Positions 45,286 to 52,309 of a stretch of DNA of 64,000 bases are shown here, piece after piece. Both the position numbers and the translations under genes were made by a program. The stretch is from an uncultured Gemmatimonadaceae bacterium (lineage in GTDB: Bacteria; Gemmatimonadota; Gemmatimonadetes; Gemmatimonadales; GWC2-71-9), in assembly GCA_964574295.1 (NCBI GenBank), contig CAZNLY010000002.1, forward strand, positions 39,458 to 103,457, read 5' to 3'. The first letter of the stretch is position 1. Every line of letters begins with the position of its first letter. Under the pieces are notes generated by a model. That model saw only the letters and a program-made list of their open reading frames with translations, was not told the origin of the DNA and did not search any database.

Positions 45286-46530
45286 TCACCCCGCCGCGAT
45301 CTCCCCCACCATCCCCACCACCCGATCCACCTCCGCCGGCGTGTTGTAGATGTGCGTCGAGAGCCGGACGTAGTCGAGCCCGTGCTCGGTCACGTGCCGT
45401 ACCCGCACCGGCCCCATCGTCCAGAGCCGCTGGATCACCTCGGTGCCCGTGCGGCCCGCCACCTGGAACGACACCATGGCGCTCCGCACCTCGGGGTTCT
45501 CGGGCGACACCACCGTCACGCCCCGCAGGGCGCGGAGCCCCGCGTCGAGCCGGGTGGCCAGCCCTCGGCTCCGCTGTTCCACCCGCGCGGTGCCGATCGC
45601 CGCGTGGAACCGGAGGGCCGCGTCGAAGCCGACCAGCAGGCTCTCGTTCCGGGTGCCGACGTGGTCGAAGCGATCGGCCTTGAGCGCCAGGTCATTCCAG
45701 CCGCCGCTCGCCACCAGGGGCCAGAGGCGGTCGAGCCATGCGGGACTGATGTAGAGGAAGCCGCACCCCTTCGGCGCCAGCAGCCACTTGTGCGGGCTCG
45801 AGGCGTAGAAGTCGCACCCGAGCGCGGTCACGTCGAGCGCGAGCAGTCCCGGCGGGTGGGCGCCGTCGATGACCGTGACGATCCCGCGTTCCCGTGCCCA
45901 GGCGGCCAGCCGCGCCACCGGCTGGATGGTCCCGGTGCTGAACATGATGTGCGCGATGCTCAGCACCCTGGTCCGCGGCCCGACGGCACCGGTCCACGCC
46001 TCGAACAGCGCGTCCTCGCTCGGCGCCGGCACCGGCGGGGAGAAGGTCCTGAGCGCCAGGCCATGCCGCGCCGCCACCAGTTCCCAGCAGCAGAGCCCGC
46101 CGACGTGCTCGTGCGTGGTGAGGAGGATCTCGTCGCCCGGGGCCAGGTCGAGCCCGCGAGCCACGGTGTTCATCCCCTCGGTGGTGTTGCGAGTGAAGGC
46201 CAGCGTCTCCGGCGGCGCGCCCACCAGCGCCGCCAGCCGCCCCCGGAGCCCCGGAAAGTCGAAGGGCACCTGGTGGAACACCGTCTCGAAGGCGCGCATG
46301 TGTGCCTCGACGGCATCGAGCACCGGGACCGGCAGCGCGCCCCAGGTTCCGGTGTTCATGAAGATGCCGTCCGCCACCAGGAACTGCCGCCGCACCTCGG
46401 CCCAGTAGGCCTCGTCGTCGGAGGGCAGCGGCAGGGCCGAGGCCACGCGCGCCGGCCGACGCTCGAGACGGCCCAGCAGCCCCGCGGCCGGGAAGGCGGC
46501 CGCCGCGCGGAAGAGGTCGCGCCGGTGCAT
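45286..46530 (-). CDS. Class V aminotransferase-fold PLP enzyme with a twin-arginine signal peptide
   Basis: Starts at an internal ATG. MHRRDLFRAAAAFPAAGLLG is a Tat-type leader. The PLP-lysine context is YASSPHKWLLAPKG. Resembles the isopenicillin-N-epimerase / cysteine-desulfurase-like family. Confidence 0.85.
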   Translation of the reverse strand: MHRRDLFRAAAAFPAAGLLGRLERRPARVASALPLPSDDEAYWAEVRRQFLVADGIFMNTGTWGALPVPVLDAVEAHMRAFETVFHQVPFDFPGLRGRLAALVGAPPETLAFTRNTTEGMNTVARGLDLAPGDEILLTTHEHVGGLCCWELVAARHGLALRTFSPPVPAPSEDALFEAWTGAVGPRTRVLSIAHIMFSTGTIQPVARLAAWARERGIVTVIDGAHPPGLLALDVTALGCDFYASSPHKWLLAPKGCGFLYISPAWLDRLWPLVASGGWNDLALKADRFDHVGTRNESLLVGFDAALRFHAAIGTARVEQRSRGLATRLDAGLRALRGVTVVSPENPEVRSAMVSFQVAGRTGTEVIQRLWTMGPVRVRHVTEHGLDYVRLSTHIYNTPAEVDRVVGMVGEIAAG

Positions 46531-46988
46531 CAGCGGAGCGGGAAGCTCGCCGCCAGGAGCGCGATCATCCCGAGCGTCCCCGACACGATCGAGATCGCCA
46601 CGTGGCGACGCCGGATGGCCTGGTAGAGGGGCGCGGTCGGCCCCTCGGGCGAGACCCGGGCCAGCCGCGAGATCGTCGGCAGCCCCGCCGCGAGGACGAT
46701 GAGCGCCCCGAGGATGCCGGCGCCCTGCATGACGAACATCCAGGCGGTCGGGGCCATGCCGCTCATGGCGGAGCCGTACATCTGGAGCGAAAGCATCACG
46801 CCGCTCAGGATGATCAGCCCCGCCCCCGGCGCCACCAGCATCATGTGCACCGCCGCCTGGCCCCGGGCAATCGCCGGGAGCGACGCAGCGGGTTCGCGCT
46901 TGCCGACGATGCCGTACACCATCGAAGCGAGGCCGGCGCCGAGCCACATCACCTGCCCGAGGAAGTGGAGGAAGAGCCAGAGTCGCAT
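46530..46988 (-). CDS. Small integral membrane protein (4 TM, DUF2269-like, tentative)
   Basis: Four hydrophobic segments and strong GC3 bias. Its stop overlaps the downstream start (TGATG). Confidence 0.7.
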   Translation of the reverse strand: MRLWLFLHFLGQVMWLGAGLASMVYGIVGKREPAASLPAIARGQAAVHMMLVAPGAGLIILSGVMLSLQMYGSAMSGMAPTAWMFVMQGAGILGALIVLAAGLPTISRLARVSPEGPTAPLYQAIRRRHVAISIVSGTLGMIALLAASFPLR

Positions 46989-46989
46989 G

Positions 46990-47418
46990 TCAGGTGGTTT
47001 CCGAGAGGAGGTGGGCGTCGATCGGGCGGCGTCCCTCGAAGCCGCCCTCCAGGTCGTGCCAGTGGGTCACCGCGGCCTCGCCGTGGCGCCAGCAGAGGTA
47101 CACCGGACGGTCCTCGCGCAGCGAGAGGAAATCCACGAGGCCGCCGTCGAACCCCTTGAAGAGGCAGCCAATGGCCTCCAGCTCGCGGAGGAAGGCGTCG
47201 ATGCGCGCGGCGTGCGCCTCCGCCGCCTCGCGGGCCAGCGCGGCGAGTTCGGGTTCCACCCCGCCCTCCGCCGGGTCGGTCGCGATCGCCATCTCGTAGC
47301 GGTCGATCTCGGTGCGCCAGGCGCGGTGCTCGGCCAGGAGGTCGCGGACGATCGGCCGGACCAGCGGCAGCGTCCGGTTCGCCTCATCGACGGTGAAGAG
47401 CCGCGGCCGCTCAGCCAT
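46990..47418 (-). CDS. DUF2203 family protein
   Basis: Starts at an internal ATG. MAERPRLFTVDEANRTLPLVRPIVRDL.. and ..GCLFKGFDGGLVDFLS..PVYLCWRHGE..HWH are typical of DUF2203. Confidence 0.75.
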   Translation of the reverse strand: MAERPRLFTVDEANRTLPLVRPIVRDLLAEHRAWRTEIDRYEMAIATDPAEGGVEPELAALAREAAEAHAARIDAFLRELEAIGCLFKGFDGGLVDFLSLREDRPVYLCWRHGEAAVTHWHDLEGGFEGRRPIDAHLLSETT

Positions 47419-48250
47419 GCCACGCCTCGCCCATGAGGGCGGCGCGGGTGGCCTCGTACCCCGCGGCCTCGAACTCCACGAACAGCTCGACGGCAAAGGT
47501 GGCGCGCAGCGGCAGCGGCGGGCGGACGTGCACCAGCCGCGGGCGCCCCTCGGTGGTCCGCCAGCGCGCCACGGCGTCCACCGCCTGTTGCGCCATGAGG
47601 ATGCCCTCGGCGGCGTCGTGCGCCAGGAGCAGTCCGGGGCCGCGGAACCGCTGCCGGGGGCCCGGCTCGTCCACCGAGGGGCTCACGTCCACCGCCACCA
47701 CGAGGTCCGCCGGGAAGCGCGCGGCCAAGTCGAGCGGGAGCACGGCCCGGAGCCCGCCGTCCGCCAGCCGGCGCCCCGCGACCTCGGCCGGCGGGTAATA
47801 CACCGGCAGGGCGGTCGTGGCGCACAAGGCATCGAGCAGGGGCAGGTCGAGCCCGCCGTCGCCAAGCACCACAAGCTCACGGCTGTCGAGGTCCACCGCG
47901 GTCAGGGTGAGCGGCGTCGCGAGGTCGGAGAATCGCTGTTGGGGCACCAGCCGCCGGAGCGTCTGGCGCATCGGCTCCGCCCTGAGGAGCGACGGCATCC
48001 ACAGGCCAGCCACCGGGGCCAGGGGCCGGGGCTTGGCGACGTCGCGCGCGCGGATCGAGCGGAGGCGCCGCGACAGCTCATCGGCCCCGAGACCCGAGGC
48101 GGCGGCCGCCGCCACCACTCCCCCCATGGACGTCGCCACGAACCGGCTGGGCCGCAGCCCGGCCTCCTCGAGCGCGCGCAGCGCGCCCACCTGCGCGGCC
48201 GACTTGGCGCCGCCACCGCCAAAGACCGCCGTCACCCGCGGGACGTTCAC
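47411..48250 (-). CDS. Patatin-like phospholipase
   Basis: GTG start with a GTGA overlap on the thioesterase stop. Oxyanion GGGGAKSAAQVG, nucleophile elbow ATSMGG (GxSxG) and catalytic Asp in LADGGL. Confidence 0.85.
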   Translation of the reverse strand: MNVPRVTAVFGGGGAKSAAQVGALRALEEAGLRPSRFVATSMGGVVAAAAASGLGADELSRRLRSIRARDVAKPRPLAPVAGLWMPSLLRAEPMRQTLRRLVPQQRFSDLATPLTLTAVDLDSRELVVLGDGGLDLPLLDALCATTALPVYYPPAEVAGRRLADGGLRAVLPLDLAARFPADLVVAVDVSPSVDEPGPRQRFRGPGLLLAHDAAEGILMAQQAVDAVARWRTTEGRPRLVHVRPPLPLRATFAVELFVEFEAAGYEATRAALMGEAWHG

Positions 48251-48723
48251 GGCCGACGGAACCCCTCGCGGTGCTTGCGGGCCCGCTCGTGGCGCGCCTC
48301 CTCTTCCGGCGTCTCGGGCCGGAGCCGCGGCACCCGCATCGGCTTGCCCTCCTCGTCGATGGCCACGAAGACGACGCGCGCGGTGTGCGTGTGCCGCCGC
48401 TCGCCGGTGCTCACGTTTTCCGAGTAGACCTCGACGGTGATGTCCATCGAGCTGTTCCCGACGAAGTCCACGGTCCCCTGGCAGGTGACCAGCGCGCCGA
48501 TCGGGATCGGCTCGCGGAAGTCCACGCGGTCGATCGCCGCGGTGACCACCGGGCCGCCGGCGTGCCGGATGGCCGCCACCGCTGCCGCCTGGTCCACCAT
48601 CGACATCAGCTCGCCACCGAAGAGGTTGCCGAGCAGGTTCTGCATGGCCGGCATGACGAGCTTGGTCAACTCGGACCGCGAGTACGACATCGGGCGCCAC
48701 TCGGGCGGTTTGGGACGGGTCAT
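48247..48723 (-). CDS. Acyl-CoA thioesterase (hotdog fold, YciA-like)
   Basis: LVMPAMQNLLGNLFGGELMSMVDQAAAVAA..VVTAAIDRVDFREPI is a typical hotdog thioesterase core. Confidence 0.85.
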   Translation of the reverse strand: MTRPKPPEWRPMSYSRSELTKLVMPAMQNLLGNLFGGELMSMVDQAAAVAAIRHAGGPVVTAAIDRVDFREPIPIGALVTCQGTVDFVGNSSMDITVEVYSENVSTGERRHTHTARVVFVAIDEEGKPMRVPRLRPETPEEEARHERARKHREGFRRP

Positions 48724-50486
48724 CAGTAATCCACGGGACGGAGGTAGTACTCACCGATGGCGGTCTGGCTCAGCATCGCCACGGTGGGGAGCCGGCGCTT
48801 CCAGTGCGTGCCGTCAAGGCGCTTGCGGACCAGCTCCACCTCCGCGGCCTCGTAGCCAAGGGCCACCACTTGCGGCGGCCGGTAGCCCGAGAGGAGCCAG
48901 TGGAGGATGTGGTCCGCACGGTCGTAGCGGATGCCGAAATCGGCCTCGTCGGTCTGGCCCTGCACCAGGTCCGCGCTCGCGGGCTTGTCCACGATGGCCA
49001 ACGGCACGCCGAGGTGTCGCGCCAGCGCCCAGACCTGCGTCTTGAAGAGGTCGCCGATCGGGTTGACCGGGGGCGAGTCGTCGGCGTGCCAGGTGAAGTA
49101 GCCGAAGAGGCGCTCCGTCTTGTTCCCGGTGCCGAGCGGCAGGGCGCGAAGCCGGGCGGAGAGGTCGAAGAGGGTGATCATCCGCATCCGCGCCATGATA
49201 TTGCCAAGGGCCGCGGGGTCGGGCTCGCCGCCGATCGCCCCGGCAATCCCGTCCACGCCCGCCGAGATGTCCACCGTCCGCGCCTGGATGCCGAGCGCGT
49301 CGATGACGAGCTGGGCGTGCGCCAAGCTGTCCGGGCTCGAGGTGCGGTACGGCATGCGCACCGCGACCACGTGCTCGGCGCCGAGCGCTTCCGCGGCCAG
49401 GTAGGCAACGACCGCGCTGTCCACCCCGCCGGAGAGCCCGAGCACCACCCGCTCGAAGCCGCGGCGGCGGCGCACCTCGTCGCGCAGGAATTCCACGAGC
49501 CAGCGGCGCGCGAGTTCGGGATTGATGGCGAGGGGGTCCTCACCCCGCGGCGGCGTGACCGCGCCGGGCCGCACCCGTCCCGCGGCGCGGCCCTCCCAGG
49601 TGGCGGCCTCGGCGGCCGCCCCCGGCGAGCGGCCGAGCTCCGCCAGGAGGCGCGGAAGCCGGTTGCGCAGGTCGGCGAGGAGCGGCTGCTCGGCGCGGAC
49701 GCGGGTGATCTCCTCGAAGTCGAGGTCCGCACGCACCAGCCCCGGCTCGAAGAGCGGCCCGCGCGCCAGCACGCGACCCGCGGGCCCCGCGACCACCGAC
49801 CCGCCCGCGAACGCCTTCCCCCCCTCGAAGCCCACGAGCTGGGCCACCGCCACGTACATGCCGTGCTCGGCCGCGGCGTCGCTCGCGAGGCGTTCCCATC
49901 GCTCGAGGTTGGCGGGGGCCTCGGGGCTGTCGAGCCCGCGGGCCGGCGTAGCGCTCACCACCAGCAGCAGTTGCGCGCCGTCGAGGGCCGCCAGGGTCGG
50001 CATCAGCGAATGCCACGCATCCTCACACACGAGCATGGCCGCCCGGCCCCAAGCGGTGTCGAAGGCGCGGACCTCCGACCCCGCCTCGACGAAGCGCTCC
50101 TCGTCGAAGACGCCGTACGTGGGGAGGAACACCTTGCGGTGCACATGCCGGAGGACCGGCTCGCCCGCGCCGAGGGAGAGGTACGCACAGCTGTTGTAGT
50201 GGCAATTGCGCCAGAGCTCGTAGAACCCCAGGGCAAGATCCAGCGGCGGGGCGCCGCTGGCCCGATGCACCGCCGCGACGTCGGCCGCCACCTCCTCCGC
50301 CGTGCGCGCCTGTTCGCGCACGCCGCCCTCGAGGAAGTAGCCGCTCAGCGCGGTTTCGGGCAGGAGGAGGAGGTCGGGAGGCTCCGGCAACGCCGCCACC
50401 CCGCGCAAGGCCTCCTCGAGCTGCGCGAGGTTTTCGGCGTAGGCGCCCTTGCGGGGCCGGAACTGCACTATCGCCAGCCGGAGCAT
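48723..50486 (-). CDS. nadE: Glutamine-dependent NAD+ synthetase (CN-hydrolase + NAD synthase domains)
   Basis: N-terminal nitrilase-like domain (LLLLPETALSGY, catalytic Cys in LVCEDAWH) and a C-terminal ATP-PPase with LGLSGGVDSAV (SGGxDS). Confidence 0.95.
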   Translation of the reverse strand: MLRLAIVQFRPRKGAYAENLAQLEEALRGVAALPEPPDLLLLPETALSGYFLEGGVREQARTAEEVAADVAAVHRASGAPPLDLALGFYELWRNCHYNSCAYLSLGAGEPVLRHVHRKVFLPTYGVFDEERFVEAGSEVRAFDTAWGRAAMLVCEDAWHSLMPTLAALDGAQLLLVVSATPARGLDSPEAPANLERWERLASDAAAEHGMYVAVAQLVGFEGGKAFAGGSVVAGPAGRVLARGPLFEPGLVRADLDFEEITRVRAEQPLLADLRNRLPRLLAELGRSPGAAAEAATWEGRAAGRVRPGAVTPPRGEDPLAINPELARRWLVEFLRDEVRRRRGFERVVLGLSGGVDSAVVAYLAAEALGAEHVVAVRMPYRTSSPDSLAHAQLVIDALGIQARTVDISAGVDGIAGAIGGEPDPAALGNIMARMRMITLFDLSARLRALPLGTGNKTERLFGYFTWHADDSPPVNPIGDLFKTQVWALARHLGVPLAIVDKPASADLVQGQTDEADFGIRYDRADHILHWLLSGYRPPQVVALGYEAAEVELVRKRLDGTHWKRRLPTVAMLSQTAIGEYYLRPVDY

Positions 50487-50503
50487 GCGGGTAATGTAAT
50501 CCC

Positions 50504-50893
50504 ATGCTACTCTGGATCGCGGCCGGGAGCGCCCTCGGCGGGGTCGCCCGCTATCTCCTGGGCGGGGCCGTCCAGCGATGGACGCCCGGCACCTTTCCGC
50601 TCGGCACCCTCGCGGTCAACGTGATCGGCTCGGTACTCCTCGGATTCATCCTTCGATATGCGCTCGAGACACCCGCCGTGAGCGCGGAGGTCCGCGCCTT
50701 CCTGACCGTGGGATTCTGCGGCGGCTTCACCACCTTCTCCACCTTCAGCTACGAGAGCGCCACCCTCCTCGAGCGCGGGGAGTGGACGCGCCTCGGTCTC
50801 TACGTCTCGTTGAGCCTGGCGCTGACCGTTGCGGGGACGCTCCTCGGCGCCGCCGCGGCGGGCCGGACGCTGGCGTTCCGGCGCGCCCTGTAG
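50504..50893 (+). CDS. crcB: Fluoride ion channel CrcB/Fluc
   Basis: GGVARYLL.., LGTLAVNVIGSVLLG, and GFCGGFTTFSTFSYE, the hallmark CrcB motif. Confidence 0.95.
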   Translation: MLLWIAAGSALGGVARYLLGGAVQRWTPGTFPLGTLAVNVIGSVLLGFILRYALETPAVSAEVRAFLTVGFCGGFTTFSTFSYESATLLERGEWTRLGLYVSLSLALTVAGTLLGAAAAGRTLAFRRAL

Positions 50894-50902
50894 GAGCGAC
50901 CC

Positions 50903-51244
50903 ATGCAAGCACTCACCGGCGACGGCACCCTGATGCGGATCCACATTGGCGAACGCGACAAGCACGACGGAACGCCGCTGCACGAGGCGATCGTCCAACT
51001 GCTCCGGGCCCGCGGCCTCGCGGGAGCCACCGTGACGCGCGCCATCATGGGCTTCGGGGCCACGGCACGGCTCCACACCGACTCGGTGCTTCGACTGTCG
51101 CTCGACCTGCCGATCGTGGTGGAGTGCGTCGACGCGGAGGAGAAGATCCAGGCGGTGCTCCCGGCCATCGATGAGATGATGGACGGCGGCCTGATCACGC
51201 TGGAGCGGGTGCGGGTCCTTGCGTACCGCGGTCACGGGCGATGA
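50903..51244 (+). CDS. DUF190 (PII-like) domain protein
   Basis: LMRIHIGERDKHDGTPLHEAIVQLLRARGLAGATVTRAIMGFG is typical of DUF190. The family is commonly linked to crcB. Confidence 0.85.
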   Translation: MQALTGDGTLMRIHIGERDKHDGTPLHEAIVQLLRARGLAGATVTRAIMGFGATARLHTDSVLRLSLDLPIVVECVDAEEKIQAVLPAIDEMMDGGLITLERVRVLAYRGHGR

Positions 51245-51714
51245 GCACCGACGAGGCCAGGCTCGCCGCCGTGCGGGGGATCCCGAACGCCTGTTGCCCC
51301 GCGCCCGGCCTCGTGACCGGCGGGCAGCCGACGGCGGAGCATTTCCGCGCCGCCGGGGCCGCCGGCGTCACGACTGTCCTCGACATCCGGGACCCGATGG
51401 AGCCCCGTCCCTTCGACGAGGCCGCCGTCGTCGAGGCGCTCGGCCTGCGGTACGTGAACGTGCCGGTCACCGGCGGCACCCTGGACGACACCACGATGGA
51501 ACGCATCCTCGCCGTGGTGCGCGACCCCGCGATGGGACCGGTGCTGTTTCATTGCGGCAGCGGCAATCGTGTGGGGGGCGCGCTGATTCCCTATTTCATG
51601 CGGGACTGCAAGCTGTCGGAGGAGGAGGCCACGGAGTTGGCGATGCGGGTGGGGCTCCGCGGCGCGGAGCTGCTGCAGTGGGGATTGGACTACGCCGGGA
51701 GGCACCCGGCCTAA
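51241..51714 (+). CDS. DUF442/PTP-like phosphatase-fold protein
   Basis: ATGA overlap with the DUF190 stop. GQPTAEHFRAAGAAGVTTVLDIR and a Cys-loop FHCGSGNRVG. Confidence 0.7.
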   Translation: MSTDEARLAAVRGIPNACCPAPGLVTGGQPTAEHFRAAGAAGVTTVLDIRDPMEPRPFDEAAVVEALGLRYVNVPVTGGTLDDTTMERILAVVRDPAMGPVLFHCGSGNRVGGALIPYFMRDCKLSEEEATELAMRVGLRGAELLQWGLDYAGRHPA

Positions 51715-51720
51715 GCAGAA

Positions 51721-52215
51721 TTATTTCCGCGCGCTGGTCGCGCCCGCCTGGCGCTGCGCCTCCCGGATGGCCCTCCCTTCCCGCAGCCCCACGCTCTGCT
51801 CCACGAAATCCCGAGCCACTTGCTGCTGGTGCGACCAGACCCGGTACGCGTCGGAATCAAGGGGCCCAACCGGGTAGCAACCTGCCCCGCCCCAAATTCC
51901 CGGCTCCGCCGCCCCCCAACTTGCCGCGCAGGGCGGCCTCCACGCCGCCGCCGCCCAGATCTCGCTGACGGTGAGGCCGCCCACAGGATAGGTGCGTGCG
52001 TCCGCAGCGACAAACGACGCTTCGTGCCGACAGTAGTGCGATCCACCCACGCCCCAGACACAACCGAATGCGTCTGAGCTGCCGAGCCGAAGCGGGATAT
52101 CCGGCAAGGCGGCGTCCCCGCCCACGACCTCGAGCACGGGGGGCTCCGCGGCGACGGGCAGGAACGCCGGCAGCGCCGCCTGCAACAGCATGGCAAGGAG
52201 GGGAGCGGCCATCAT
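51721..52215 (-). CDS. Hypothetical secreted Trp/Cys-containing protein
   Basis: Starts at an internal ATG-ATG. Signal peptide MMAAPLLAMLLQAALPAFLPVAA. I read the codons on the minus strand and found strong GC3 bias. Four Cys and eight Trp residues. Confidence 0.6.
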   Translation of the reverse strand: MMAAPLLAMLLQAALPAFLPVAAEPPVLEVVGGDAALPDIPLRLGSSDAFGCVWGVGGSHYCRHEASFVAADARTYPVGGLTVSEIWAAAAWRPPCAASWGAAEPGIWGGAGCYPVGPLDSDAYRVWSHQQQVARDFVEQSVGLREGRAIREAQRQAGATSARK

Positions 52216-52274
52216 CGGAGGATTCCTGTTGGGGGACTCATCAACGTTGCACTCGGTACACGAGGCCGCAAGCG

Positions 52275-52307
52275 ATCGGCCCCCGGAGAGAGTCTCCGGG
52301 GGCCGAT
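52275..52307 (-). terminator. Perfect 15-bp hairpin immediately after the DUF4384 gene stop
   Basis: ATCGGCCCCCGGAGA-gag-TCTCCGGGGGCCGAT. The stop codon TAA is at 52312..52310. Confidence 0.55.
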
Positions 52308-52309
52308 GG

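Noticed and set aside
50487-50503. A fluoride (crcB-motif) riboswitch upstream of crcB.
   Set aside because: Only 17 nt separate crcB from the divergent nadE start, far too short for the approximately 50-70 nt aptamer. Nothing resembling it is visible just inside nadE either.
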